Source: Lama glama (Eukaryota). Taken from it: a stretch of DNA of 64,000 bases. The position numbers and the translations under genes are program-made. The stretch is taken from positions 25,298,001 through 25,362,000 of the forward strand of contig CM052818.1 of NCBI GenBank assembly GCA_028534125.1, written 5' to 3'. The notes beneath the pieces are model-generated. The model was given only the letters and a program-made list of their open reading frames with translations. It searched no databases and was not told the origin of the DNA. Positions 13,557 to 26,900 of the stretch are shown here, in pieces (position 1 is the first letter of the stretch; every line of letters starts with the position of its first letter).

Positions 13557-14928
13557 TCTTCCTTCCATCTTTGAGCTCCTTTTTTGTTCATTTATCTTAA
13601 GGAAGAAAGCGGCCTCTTTCTGCAGTTAAAACAGAAGTTTATTGGGAGAGAAAGATCATACTAATCAATAAGATGAAGTGTTTAGATGATTTCTGTGCAT
13701 CCAAAATCTTTATCCAAAATAAAAAATCCAAAAATTTTATTACCTAGGCCATTTTACAACTTTGTTAAAGTTGCATGCTTGCAAATCAAGCCTAATGCAG
13801 TTTACTTAGCCGAAAAACTAGAGTTGGTTCAAATAAGTCTGAGACAGCAATTGGAAAGACAGTGTAAAAACACTGGTCCCCTCAAAAACAGCTCACCAGC
13901 TTCCCCACCTTTGTCCTGGGAGGGTGAAGAGCAGCACTTCCCCATCCTTCCTCTTGGTCCCTGCTTCACTTTCTACCACACTCGCCGCCAGGTGGCTGGA
14001 GATGCTGCTCTCCCTCTAAGTCTCCAGTTCACAGCTCTGCCGCCCTTTCCTTAATGCCTTGTAGCCCAGCTGATACAGGTCAGGGAATTTACAGAAGGCC
14101 TTCCCAAAGACCCAGGACAACAGAAGGGAAAGAAAAAAAGAGCAGCATGCACATCAATAATCTCATTTACAAAGACTATGTCATTTTTCTCTGTCCTTAG
14201 CCATTTGGCATCCTGTCCACCTGTGTGTGGCTGCCCCGCGAGAGCATCTACCACAAGCCCACGTCTAAACACCTTCCTCCCCCAGGAGAAGTCCCTCGGG
14301 AGCGAGGCCAGGGGAGGGACAGGGATGGCTTTCAAGTTCCGGTTTTCTTTCTGAGCACACAACCTCTCTCATAGGCATTTTACTGTATCAGAAAATAAAC
14401 TAAATTCAGAAAGGTTTTTTCATACAGGGTGGTTTCACTTTGTAAGTTCAAATTTCTACCAAGATCTTAGTTCCTAGCTCTGAGTGGGTGACCAACAATT
14501 TCCTTAAGACTAAATATTGTTTAAAGTTGATCACAAAGAGGCTTTATATCTTTGCTGTTCTGCCAGTATCCTAAAACTGATATCTAAAATTAAAAATTTG
14601 AGATGGGTAAAGTGTAGGCTCTTGGAATTATTGTTTAATAGCTGGTGGACATCTATCTATTTTTTAAACACTGACTACTCAGAATTGAGCTTATTGAAAT
14701 TAATCATAGTACATCTCTGAGAATCCTAGAATAAGTAATAGAAATGAATTTTCAAGTATCAGAGAATCACAATTTTTGGAAAGGTAACCCAGCTTAATTT
14801 TCAAATTGATGTTCTTGGACATCTTTGTACCATATGTATCCTTTTTATTTTACCACCTTTAAATCAAGCTGTACCGATAGGAATTGTTTTCAATGTACTT
14901 TTTTATTTTTGTCTCATTCTGCTATTAG

Positions 14929-15030
14929 AATCAACTGTTGCCTCTCATACCAGGAAGCCACAGCTCCCCCACACCTGATGGAAGAAAACAAGTCCTCCAG
15001 TTAAAATTTGATCATCTTCCAAACATTTAG
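14929..15030 (+). CDS. CDKL4: CDKL4 terminal coding exon: NQLLPLIPGSHSSPTPDGRKQVLQLKFDHLPNI*
   Basis: Long T-rich tract and tag acceptor (14926-14928), TAG stop at 15028-15030. C-terminus matches the CDKL4 DHLPNI end. Confidence 0.95.
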   Translation, partial: NQLLPLIPGSHSSPTPDGRKQVLQLKFDHLPNI

Positions 15031-16733
15031 GAAAATGCGCTTTCAAGTGGAAAGTAATTTAATACGTGCACACTTTTTATACAAGAGAGATAGGGATTCT
15101 CAGTGTTTCAAATGCAGATGAGCCATATGAAAATTAAGATGCTTTCTAGAATTGTTTTGCTCTGATCATTACTGATTCCTCTGCCCATGCTTTTTACATG
15201 CCAACTTTATCTTTTAGAACATTTTCTTTAAATGTTATACAGTCTGAAACTGCACATATGGAGGAGACATTTTCAATTTTATCAGAGCAGCTCCTCTTGA
15301 GGCAATTTGTACTGAGAATCTGTGGGCTTATACTTGGATTTATGAAAAAGGTTTACATATGCCATCTCACTCCAGCTGACCATGTAATGTCTCAGAGCAA
15401 TATCAAATAGCTTGCCTAGCTATTGTTTGTGTAAGGAACCTCATTATGTTTCTGCATTTTAATTTACTCTCATTGTAACCAGGCCTGTTGAGTAATGCTG
15501 GCATTTAATTCTGTGTTTTTATATTGGTGTAGAAAGGGAACCTCGAAATGTTGACTAGGTTTATCCCTTAATTCCAGGGCAGACTCCACTTTCTCTGTCT
15601 CCTAAGACATTGACGATTCTATTTTTAAAGCTAGCTAGAGAAAAATCCATACATTTACATAGAAAATAGTGGTGAATGACAGGGGATTACCATCCTCATG
15701 ACATAACGCCCGCCCTCGGAGAATTCACTGCTGACTCTCCTGCTGTCCTTTGATACCTCACTGTTCCTTACCCTCTTCTTCTCCTCCTAAATCATCTCAG
15801 TACCTAAACCTAGCCTCCAGTATGTTTTCTAAATAGGTCACGGTCAACACTCTTCCAAACATGTGCATCCATCTATAAATTTTACAGCCCAAAATTTGTG
15901 CATCATGAAAAGTCAGGTTTGTAAACACTTCTGAAAGCAAGAAGACCATCTTTCAGTTAACTTCATTTTATGTCTCTTACCCAAAAAAAGGGGCACAAAC
16001 AAACAAAACACCTTAACAGGTGAGTCTAATTTATGTTGGGACACTTTCCCAAGTAAACTTTACTTGCATACATATATACATATATGTAAATATATGTTTA
16101 TAATTAGAATTTTTGAAGCATCATAGTAAATGCCTTTTATCCTGGACATCTGAAAGTGATGCATAATGTTTGAAAGTACTTCTAGCTTGCTAACAAGGAG
16201 CTCATGCTAAATAACAGCATGGGGCTGTATATTGCTGTCTGGTGTAAAGGCACAAACTGGTGATATTTCTATCAATTAATATTAAGATTATTTCATTAAT
16301 TCTTTTCTGCTCCTGAGTCTGGCATGCTCCCCCTGAACACTGTCAAATTTTGTAAATACACATAATTTTAGAAATTCCTTGTATCTGGCACCAAGACACC
16401 AAGCATAAATTGTTTCAAGAAAACACAGTTCCACCTTACGTTCATCTCTGAAAGTCTGGTGCACATATAAATGTGGTTCTGTAAACTTCCAGACACCCTC
16501 ATTCAGTCGCTTGAGTGCATCTCTTTATTAGGAAAAATGGCACCTAAACAATTGTTCCTTGCTCACTAGAAGGATATTTTAAGTGGGCTTATTTGGCCAT
16601 TTAATGTTCTCAGTGTGAATGTAAGCTGCTAGGATCTTCTTATTTCCATCTTATTAACAGAATATGCCTCTTCAGATTTGTATGTTTCTTGCATTTTTAG
16701 TAAGATGATACCACAGGTGAAAGGAAAATGAGA

Positions 16734-16739
16734 AATAAA
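16734..16739 (+). terminator. Candidate poly(A) signal AATAAA for the long CDKL4 3' UTR
   Basis: First canonical AATAAA I found after the stop codon, with T/GT-rich sequence downstream (about 16767-16820). Confidence 0.35.
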
Positions 16740-16855
16740 AAGATAAGTGGCAACTTAGCTGAACGATTTGTTTTTAGCTTTCACAGTGGGTTTTTTATTT
16801 TTATCATTTAAGTTTTGTGATTGCCAAACAACTCATGCTGCTCCAGCTCTCTTAA

Positions 16856-16926
16856 ATGTGTGTGTGTATGTGTGTGTGTGTATACATATATATATATGTA
16901 ATATGTAACATATATACACACACATA
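16856..16926. repeat. Compound (TG)n/(TA)n/(CA)n microsatellite
   Basis: Directly visible in the sequence. Confidence 0.9.
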
Positions 16927-18019
16927 TGCAGAAAATAAGAAGACAGCCCAAGACTCCATTATCCATTTTGTAATTGTGCTTCAAACAACAGTGGAGTTTT
17001 TGGCAGCGGTTAGTAGAGTGTCTTCCCTTAATTTTTGCTTACATTTAAGAATCAATTCAAGCTAGATTTCACTCAGTTTTTTTCCCTTAGACAAATTCAT
17101 CATTTAGGTATCAGTGGGGAGAGGAGAGGAGAAAGCATCTAATGCTTAGAAAAATGTTCTCATGCACTTCTGTTACCGTGAAGAAAAGGCGTCCCTGATG
17201 ACGTCTGCGTGCTTCACTTCCCTGGGCGACCCAGGCTGGTGCGCCGCAGCTGCTGGCACCGCAGGAGCACACGTCTCCAAGCGCGGCTCTTTTCTCTTTG
17301 AAGAGCATCTTCTCACCTCCATACTCCACAGATTCCCTTGCATTTCTCAGCCACATGGAAGGCAGTTGCACTAAGCCCCGAATTAAGCAGTGACGTTTGT
17401 AAAAGGCGTCCTCAGCCAGTCGGCTTGCCCCAGGCTCTTCACAGAAGCCCACACGACTCTAGAACCACGAGTTTCCTTTTACAGTCTTGCACAGTTTCTG
17501 GCTTTCCTGGGACTTGTCTCACCCATGCCAACTTCCAAGCTTTTAAATTTATTTATAGAGCTCTTTGCTGTTGCTGCCCAAATACTGCACCGTCATGGTG
17601 AGTGACCGGCCCCAAAACCCCCTTTCTCCACCTCGGTGTGACCCCTTGGCATCCTGGTTTCCTCAGCCTTTCCACACACGTGTACTGGGGAATCCACGCT
17701 GTTCTGTTTCTTCCTTTCTTTCTTATATTTATATTTTGCGAAGCACTTTACAGAGGATTGAAAATGCAGAACTTACTTCTTGTTAGTGCTCCTGCTTCTC
17801 TAGGGAAGAAGGAAATACACCTAAAGAAAGGACATTTGATTCGACTATATCAGCCCCATAAGCCTATTTGCTTGGATACTTGTCTTCGTGTCCGTTTCAG
17901 TCCTGGTGGTGTTTGAATGTAATTGCTCAGACGTGCCCCAACCACAAAGCCCTGTGGGGGGGTGTCACTTTCTGTGGATGATTTTAACTAGGCCAAGTCA
18001 TTTAAAAAGGTGTGTTCAA

Positions 18020-18323
18020 TACAAAACAGAAACAGACTCACAGACATAGAATACAAACTTGTGGTTGCCAAGGGGGCGGAGGGTGGGAAGGGATAGACGG
18101 GATTTCAAAATTGTAGAATAGATAAACAAGATTATACTGTATCGCACAGGGAAATACACACGAGATCTTATGGTAGCTCACAGAGAAAAAAATGTGACAA
18201 TGAATATATATATATATGTTCATGTATAACTGAAAACTTGTGCTCTACACTGGAATTTGACACAACATTGTAAAATGATTATAAATCAATAAAAAATGTT
18301 TAAAAATTTTTAAAAATTAAAAA
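18020..18323 (+). mobile_element. Young 5'-truncated camelid L1 (3' UTR plus poly-A) with 16-bp TSD
   Basis: TSD aaaaaggtgtgttcaa at 18004-18019 and 18324-18339, TT/AAAA endonuclease site, AATAAA then A tail. Confidence 0.9.
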
Positions 18324-18959
18324 AAAAAGGTGTGTTCAAGAAGCTTTTGATGCCTTGGATGAGGGAGATGATTGAGTAAATGGTTAAAAAAAAGAAAAAA
18401 GCTCCCAGGCAGGCAATGAAGAGAGGAGCAGCAAGGAGATCTGCCCTCTCCTAAGGCAGGTCTCACTGCTCTTGCAGATTCCCCAAACCACAGGACAGCA
18501 GACAATTAATGCTGTTTTTAATGAGATGAAAAACTTTTAAGATGTTTTATGGTCCTTTTGTATACTTGCCATAGAATTACGATCTTTTCAAAAAGATGAC
18601 ACTTTCTCAGTCATTTGTCACCACCAGTGATTTCCAGTCCTGATTTTGGAACGATTTAAATGGCAACAGAAGTCTCCAAAACAAATTTTTTTAATTAAAA
18701 CATACTACCAAAAGAGGAATGATCCTAAAATTCCACAGACAGTAAAATCTTGAAAAAATTGGAGTATCAGTGTAAGGTATTAGCTAAATCACAAACACAC
18801 AGATTTTTAATGCAGATAGTTAAGAAAAGTAAAAAATGGCACTCACAAGTTAATCTTCTGGGTATGTGTGTGTATTTGTTCCCTATTAAAACCATTAACT
18901 CAACAACTTCAGTCTTGTTTTAAAAGAAGACTGGAAGTCTTTAAGGGCGGGAGTTCATA

Positions 18960-19150
18960 GAATAACAGAAGTATCGTTTGGTCTGGGAGTCAGGGCACTC
19001 ACTGGGTTCCGGACCTGGCCGGCGACTCTGCGTAGCCTGGTCACAACATGTAACTTCTCCGCGCCTTCTATTTCCTCATTTGTAAAATTAGAGAGTAGGT
19101 AAGTTAGGGGGTTTCTCAGGCTTCCCTTCAGCTCTAAACTTCTGTGATTC
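18960..19150 (+). mobile_element. MIR/MIR3 SINE
   Basis: ctgggagtcagg...tttcctcatttgtaaaat...cccttcagctctaaacttctgtgattct. Confidence 0.65.
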
Positions 19151-19268
19151 TCTGCAGCACATGCCTTTGTGTCCTGGACCCATCTCCCACCAGGAGAGGC
19201 TTTCTAGAGAGTGTTTAACAACACCAAGATGAGTGTCGGCGTTGACGATCTAGCCAGGAGTCGGGGGA

Positions 19269-19318
19269 CCTCCCTCCCTCCCTCTCTCTCCCTCCCTCCC
19301 TCTCTCTCCCTCTCTCCT
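19269..19318. repeat. Homopyrimidine (CCCT/CT)n tract
   Basis: Directly visible in the sequence. Confidence 0.85.
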
Positions 19319-20605
19319 GTCTCGCTCGCCTTCCTTCACACTCAGACACACGCGCCATCACCTCCACCCATTTCTATCAAGTCAGTAGCAGTTTGCAGAC
19401 AACCACCTAACAGAGGTTAAATTTTATAAACGAAAGTGGATTTTAAAGCTCATTATCACTGGATTTTAATTAATGTAAATCAAACAGGTGTGCTTTCAAA
19501 ATGCAGGGTAATATGTAATCTTTCATTGCTGGTTTAATCTAACTCTAATTAGCCTGGGAATGACATATGCTGTGAAATACTCATTTGAGATATCCATTAA
19601 AGCAAAGAACACTCAGGACATTTCTAACTTCAGTAAAAGTTTTAGTAGTTTCAGTAAATGATAGATGACTTGATAGAACTCTATGAATAGATCTAAATTA
19701 TATCTGTTTTGTATTTCAGCAACAGGGACCCAGGCTCAGTCAACTTTATGTTTAACTTATAATTTAAAGTTTATAATCGAGCTGAGAATTGGCTATCCTA
19801 TTTAACTGATATATAAATGACTTGTATTTATAAAGTTAACATCCTTTTCTGTTGTGAACACTAGTCACTGACCATGTCTAAATATTGTCACATTGAAGAT
19901 GCTGTGTGTGTCTACTTAGGATTTTAGAACAGATTTGTATAGAAGCAGGTCTAGTTCAAATCACATGAAATTATAGCTGTATTTCAATTAGCACTTGATA
20001 ATTAACATAATGGCAATTTACAGTACGAGGAACAATTCACTACAAAGCAGTTTTAGTTGCATTATTTTAAATATGTATAATTTGCTAAATTTATCTTAAG
20101 GTATGTAGAAAACCTACGTATGGGATTAAATACTTTGGTGACTTTATAGTTGAATATATAACTTAACCTAAATATGTTCTTTAGCTTACTTTAATAAAAG
20201 TTAGAAATATTTCTGTCTCCTAATTTCTGTTCAACTCAGCTGTTAGTTCATTGTCTGTTTATATTTAAATGAGAAAACTGTCCTCTTCATACATAAATTC
20301 CAGAATTTGTTATTTAATTTCCTATCATTTGGAATATCTGAACAGCCGATGTGGCAAAACTATTCCTTTTTTTTTTTTTTTGTCTTGGGTTGGGAATTTT
20401 TACAAATGGAAAAACTGATAAAATCTTTTCCAGTCTGATTGGCTAGATGCTAATCTCTGAGAACATCTTTACAACTTTACTTTGAGACTGTAAGATTCTT
20501 CTTTGAATTCAAATATTTCTCTGGCCCTTTACAACACTTAAGGTACAAGATATGAAATGTTCTTGTATCTTCAAGTCCAAGCTATCACAGTGGTTTCTGT
20601 TGCAG

Positions 20606-20900
20606 GTTTATTTTTATTTTTATTTTATCAATGTATAGTCAATTTACAATGTTAGTTTCCGGTCTACAACATGGTGATTCAGTTATACACACGCATACAT
20701 ATAAGTTCCTTTTCATATTCTTTCTTTTTCTTTTAACACTTTTTTAAATTGAAGTATAGTTGATTTACAATTTTGTATTAGTTCCTGGTGTACAGCATAG
20801 TGATTCAGTTATGTATTTTTTTCATATTCTTTTTCATTACAGGTTACTAAAGCCACTGAATATAGTTCCATGTGCTATACAGTACGACCTTGTTTGTTGT
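20606..20900 (-). mobile_element. Two adjacent L1 3'-end fragments
   Basis: Two copies of the L1-tail reverse motif (gtatagt..atttacaat...gtgattcagttat) at about 20630 and 20750. Confidence 0.7.
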
Positions 20901-23900
20901 AGGTTTAAAAAGATAAAAAGACTCAACACCAAGCTTAGACTAATCATCAAGACAGAGAAAAACAATTGGTAAAGTAATGAATAAGGTCACTATTTAAATA
21001 TGCTTTAATTCTTCTATTTTCTTTTGAACTAACCGTTCTGCTTTCATTATTTTTAATGGTGTTTATGCAAAAAGAATGTGGTCAGTTATTTCCAGCAGTA
21101 ACTGGAATTTTTCTCAACCCACATCACCTTTACCATGACGCTTTGCCACTCCTTTTATCAAGAGGTGAAGTCTCCCTCCCCTCTCCTCGCCTTGTGACCT
21201 GTGACTGCCTTAGACGCAGCAGAGTGGCCTCTGTACCACTTCTGGGCTTAGCCCTTGAAAGGCTTGGCGGCTTCTGCTTTCCCTCTCTGGGGAAGCCAGC
21301 CTTCATGCTGTAAAGAAGCTTGGGCTAGACTAGTAAACGATAAGATACCACAGGGAGGTCAGATTCTGGCTTTGCCACTTATAGGTCATGACTTTTGATC
21401 ATCAGTGTCTTCAGCTCTAAGATGAGAATAATAATAACACCTGCCTAAAATGAGAATTTTAACACCTGAGGTTGTTAAAAGTATTAAATGAAACAATTAT
21501 GTTAATATGCTTTACAAGAGAAAGAGCTATGTCAATATGATTATTTTTAATATCTTCTAGAATAGTTGAACATTTTAAGTTCTACAGTTAATATATGATC
21601 CCTTGAAATAAACCCATGGAATTTTCAAAATACAGTAGTTGCCATGTTCCCTCTCAAAGAAGTGTGAGAACTCATCCTGTTGAACTGGTCCTGTCTTCCA
21701 TTTGGTGGCACTTGCATTTCCAACATGAAAAGGCTCTTACCTTCCAGCAAACAAAAATGTCAAGTCTTTCTTTGTACACCAATTTAGTTTACTGACACTA
21801 TTTAAAGTGTTTGCTAACTGCCTGGCAAACACTATCAACTATTAGGAAGAAACAGACGTAAATGAACCCAGAATGGGACATGTAGAAAGAAAAAATGTAA
21901 TGGGATTTAATCAGAAAGGCACAAATTAAGACCTCACTAGAAAATCTAAAGACACCAACACTAGCATCATAAAATAGTCTGACCATGACTCTTAGCGACT
22001 TCCTAAAGGATTGGAATCATCAGAGATACAAGAGTTGGCTGGAGAGGTAAAACTAAATTTTGAAGAAGAAGCATTTTAGGTATGGGAATACACAAAACAA
22101 ATTTAATATTGTGCTTGTTAAGCAGCCCAGGGTGATAAACTATAGGAAACTCAACTAGAGAAAAAGCAAGAGATCCAGGCTAGAGACACAAGTCTACACA
22201 AGTCTTTAAATTTAATCTGTCTATTCTGGCAACTGACTTATATGAACAATTTTTATTCCTGAGGCAGTGAAGACGTGCTGTGAGTGAGAAGAAAAGTCAG
22301 CCCTATCTTTGAAAAACACTTGCAGTAAGAGAAGAAAAGGGAGGGGGAAATGTCAGAAGTGCCCTCTAGAGGAAGAATCAGTATTTGTCACTTGTCCTGC
22401 AACAGACCCCATCTCAAGATCTCCTTTCCTCCTTTCTTCTTTCCTAATTATCCCCCTCTCTGGCCACACACCTACTTCCCTTGGATTTGACTCCCTAGCC
22501 TGTGTTATTGGTTTCTTCCTTTACCAAATACCCATCACCCCACTCTTCTCTAACAAAGACATGCTCCACTATCCAATTTCCTTCCTCTGAGATTTGCTGA
22601 TCTTCTACTACCTGTAATTTTCAAGTCAGAGAAAAACATCCTGAATTTAATCTTGTCTAATATAAGAACCCCCGGTAAAACTCCAGCTCTATCTTATGTA
22701 AACTAAATTTGGAAGTAACCTTAGACTGAATTCAAATAAATCTCTAAAATATATTTGTTTTAGAGAGTGACATCTCATTGGATGTCATATACTCTGTTAT
22801 TCCTTCAATGTAGTCCCATTCAGAAAAGAAAAAAAAAATCCCTCACCAAAATTGACTCCATCAAATGTTCCCTCTATGTCATGGATTCTTAGCCATGAGT
22901 TGGCTTCAACTGGAAGTCCCCTCTTCCATTTCCAAATCCAGATTCCAAATGTAACCCAGGGCTACTATTGCACCAAACTCCAGAGAGCTTTGCTGAGTTA
23001 ATACCTGGACAAGTCACAGTACCTCCAATCTGGGACAAAGGACCTCTTCGCCTTTGCCCTGCTATTCACCAGCTTGCCTTTCCCTGTATCCCAAGCCTTG
23101 ATGACTTGAAATAGAGCGAAACCATGACTAAATCTACCCTACAGGCTGACCAGCCTCGAAGAGATAAAAATCCCTTCCTCATTCTGCCTTAAATAGTTAA
23201 CATTTAGAAATGCTTCTGGGTTCCAAAGTAATCCCACTGAGAAGCTATTAGGGAGATAAAGTACCAGTTAGAATTTTTGTGTGAATTTGTTTAAAGGAAT
23301 AGCTTTCCCAAGAGTAGTTTGTCATCAGAATGTCAAGAAGATGAAGGTGTGGGCTGTGGGGGTGGGATTGCTGGGTAGCTGGAGGGCAATGTGAGGACAT
23401 CGGGGTCTTTCTTTAGGGATTGGAAGTGAAGGGCACCACAAGGGGTGAGAAATGCAGGTGGAAGTACACTTACAACAAACCACGTCTACTTTGAAAATTT
23501 ACCAGTGCCACCCTGGCATCATTTCTTACAAAGACCATACATCAAAGCAGCGTGGGGAGGTGGACATACCTTGGCTGGGTTCTAAAGGCAAGTCAGCCAC
23601 TAACTACATTGTGGTGAGAGAGTTCCCTCTCTCTCTGGCCCCCCAGTCTGTGATAAGGAGAAGACAAGCTCACCGTGTTTAAGGATCCTTCCGGCTAAGA
23701 CATTTTGTGAAGTGACATGGACGAACAACCCTCATCTGTCTCTTGTCTGGTTCCTGTGTCCTCTTCCGCCCTCCCTTTCTCAGTTGTGTCACAGATTGAA
23801 GGGAGAGGTGGGACAGAGTCACGGCCTAGCTAAGGATCGTGTTCTCTCTGCTTTACAAGGAAGGAATTAGTCCCACATCTTGGCACCTTCCTGATCATTG

Positions 23901-26900
23901 AGATCTCCCTTCTCCACCCTTCTGTCAGCTGCACAGAGCTGGGTCCGTGGCGGCCAATGCAGTTGCTCTGCAACATCCCAGCTTTCATCTTGTAGGCAAA
24001 CCGAAGATCTGTGAGGCATTAGATGGTCTGTGTTACTCGGCATTGGGTTTGGTTTTTGTCCTGTTACTGCTGTTGTTTTGTTTTGTTCTGCCTTGGTAAG
24101 CACTTTAAACTCCTTGTGGCCATAGATGACACACACCATAAATGGATGCCACTCTGCAGAGGAAGAATGCCGTTCTTGCCCAGTAAGTGCACAACCTGCC
24201 CTTTGATCAATAACATCGACGAAGAGGAATACATACGGCTGAGAGAATAGCAATTAAGTACAAGTGAAATTGAAACTTCAATTTTCAAACTGCACAATTC
24301 TGAAGTATTAAAGTAAATCCTTGGCCCGAATCCCAAGAAGACTCCATCTAGCAACATTGCCAGGAGATTTTCCGGCACTCACAGTGTGTAAAATCCCAGA
24401 ACATTATTTACAGTACTTTTATTTTATCTCAACTTGCTAACCACCAGCTACTTTATCTTGCACAAATTCACAAAGTGTTTTTTGTTATTGCTGGGGTTTT
24501 TTCTTTTTAATTTTCAGGATTTTTAAACCTATAAGGAAGTGATAATCACCAATGCAGTTGAATATTCTAGGAAATTTGACAGAGTCAAAGCTAGAGAGAG
24601 ACAATAAATAATGACAGAAATCTCAAGCCTTCTGTAGTAAAAAGAAAACAAATCTTTTAAATCAATATTCTAAATATAAAGCAGCTATCTTATGTTGAAA
24701 TATAAGTCATTGATGCATTGTTGAGGCAAGCTATGGCTTTTTTAGTTCATCCTTGATTTCACCGATTTATGCATGTATTGTGCATTTATATGTGTGTATT
24801 ATCACCTCTTTTCTGTTGGCTTTTATGTTCTTGGTAGATTAACTGGTCCAAGGGAACTAAATTACATTAAGCCCTTACCAGATGTCAGGCATTGTACAGG
24901 ATGCTTTATATATGCTCTGTAATGTTTTCCCAAACACTGTAGGAAGTAAATATTGTTGGCCATCTTTTTGCAGGTAAGAAATCTCAGGTTCAGAGATGTA
25001 GCCAGAAAGTGGCAGAGCTGGCTCTAAAAATTTCAAAAAACTTCTGCCAAACTTTGTACTTATTTTTGCATTGAAAGGTGTTAAGCATTAATTGTCTGAA
25101 TCCAATTCACTTGTATGGGGGCATTTTCAATCTTCTCTGAATTCTTATATCCTAATAGTTGTTATTTTTTAAGGCCAACCTTAATTAAAATAACTATCTA
25201 AAAACACTGTGTCCTTAGCTAAATAGCTGGCCCCCAGCTATAACAAGGTGTTTGGTCTCTTTGCTTGTAGATCGCATCACATTAGTAAATGAAGGCATCT
25301 TCATATTCCTCTTCTGTATGTACAGGGCCTGCCTCCAACCAAAGTGAGGTACTGAAATCATCATGAAATGTGTCATATGAATGCAACATAAAAAGGTAAA
25401 ATTTAAATCAGAGAGTCCTTTGTGTGATCACACCAGTCTTCTGATTTTACAGATAAGGAAACCAGGGCCTCGAAAAAGTTAAGGGACCCAAAGAAATGTC
25501 AAATACAGATTAAGTAGGTGGTCAGAACTGTATTTATTCTATTTAACTTCTTGTGTCTCTTCATCGCCTTGTTTGATAATAGATTTGAGGCAGTTTTTAT
25601 GTATAGTAATTATAAAATAAAATGTGAAAATAATTTCCCAAAGCAGAAATGATGAAAATGTCCTAAAATTAGATACTGGTAATAGTTGCACAGCCTGGGA
25701 ATATACTAAAAACCATCAAATTGTGTACTTCAAAGAGGTAAACTTTATGGTATAAAAATTAATCTCAGTAAAACTCATCTGTTTTTTCAAAGAGCAAAGC
25801 TTTGTTTTTTTCAATAGGATAGATAAATGGCTTTTAAATTTTTATTTATTTTTATTATTTACAGCCTCTCTTCTCGATTCTCTATTAAAATATCACCAGT
25901 AAATTGCTTGTGTCATGTTAGCTTAATCAATCAAGAGCATTGATCTATTGCCTCCATTTCTCCATTGTGGAGTATGAAGCCAGGTTTCAAAGTTTCTGCT
26001 GGGATTGAGAAATTGTTTTAAAATAAGAATCTGTAATATATTTCCAAAGAGAATATACTTTTCCCATGAGAAGTCCTCTGAGTAAATTAAAAGCCATAAA
26101 CTAAGGCTAAAAACAAAACAAATGAAAAAGCTAAGGCTAAATCTTGTTGATTTCTATTAAGAAACAGAAAGTTAAATCCATTGCTCTGTATATACTAAGC
26201 ATACATTTGCATATTAGCCAGGTATACATTTCAAGCAAAATCTTTTGATTAGTTTACACAAATTGATCTAGGAATCAGCCTCTTTCAAATTTATCATAGA
26301 ATATAAGCTCAGAAAAAGACTTGGAAACAAAGATATTCATCCAAGCATTATCATTATTTATAATAGCAAAAAGGTTGAAACAAATTCAAGTGTCCAAAAT
26401 CAGGAGAATTTTATGGTATAGTGGATTATTGTACAGCCCTTTAAAAATGGGGCTTTTATTTATTTTAAAATCTGTATTACTTTTCTGCTGACAGAAATAA
26501 CAATATACATAATATTTTAAAATTTTAAACCTCCAGAAATTTCCATGCAATTCCTCCTCTTAAGACATAACCAAAGTTAAGTGCTTGGTAAGTATTTTAT
26601 ATGATCATCCTATAATAATACTGCTTTGCAACTTACTTTGTTCACTTTGTAGTGAATCTTTGTACATCAGTTCCTGCACGTCTGCCTCACTAGCTTGTTT
26701 GTTTCTTTGTTTTAACATTGCTTTCAAGTATTCAAGACTTAGGGAGATGTTCATAATATAATGTTTAAGTGAAGAAAAAAGCAGACTAGAAAACATTACA
26801 TATGCTATGATCCTAAATTGAGTAGGAGGGGGGAGTGGCAAAGATTATACACAAATGCATATAAAAGACTGAAAGAAGTACAACAAATTGTTAATAATGG

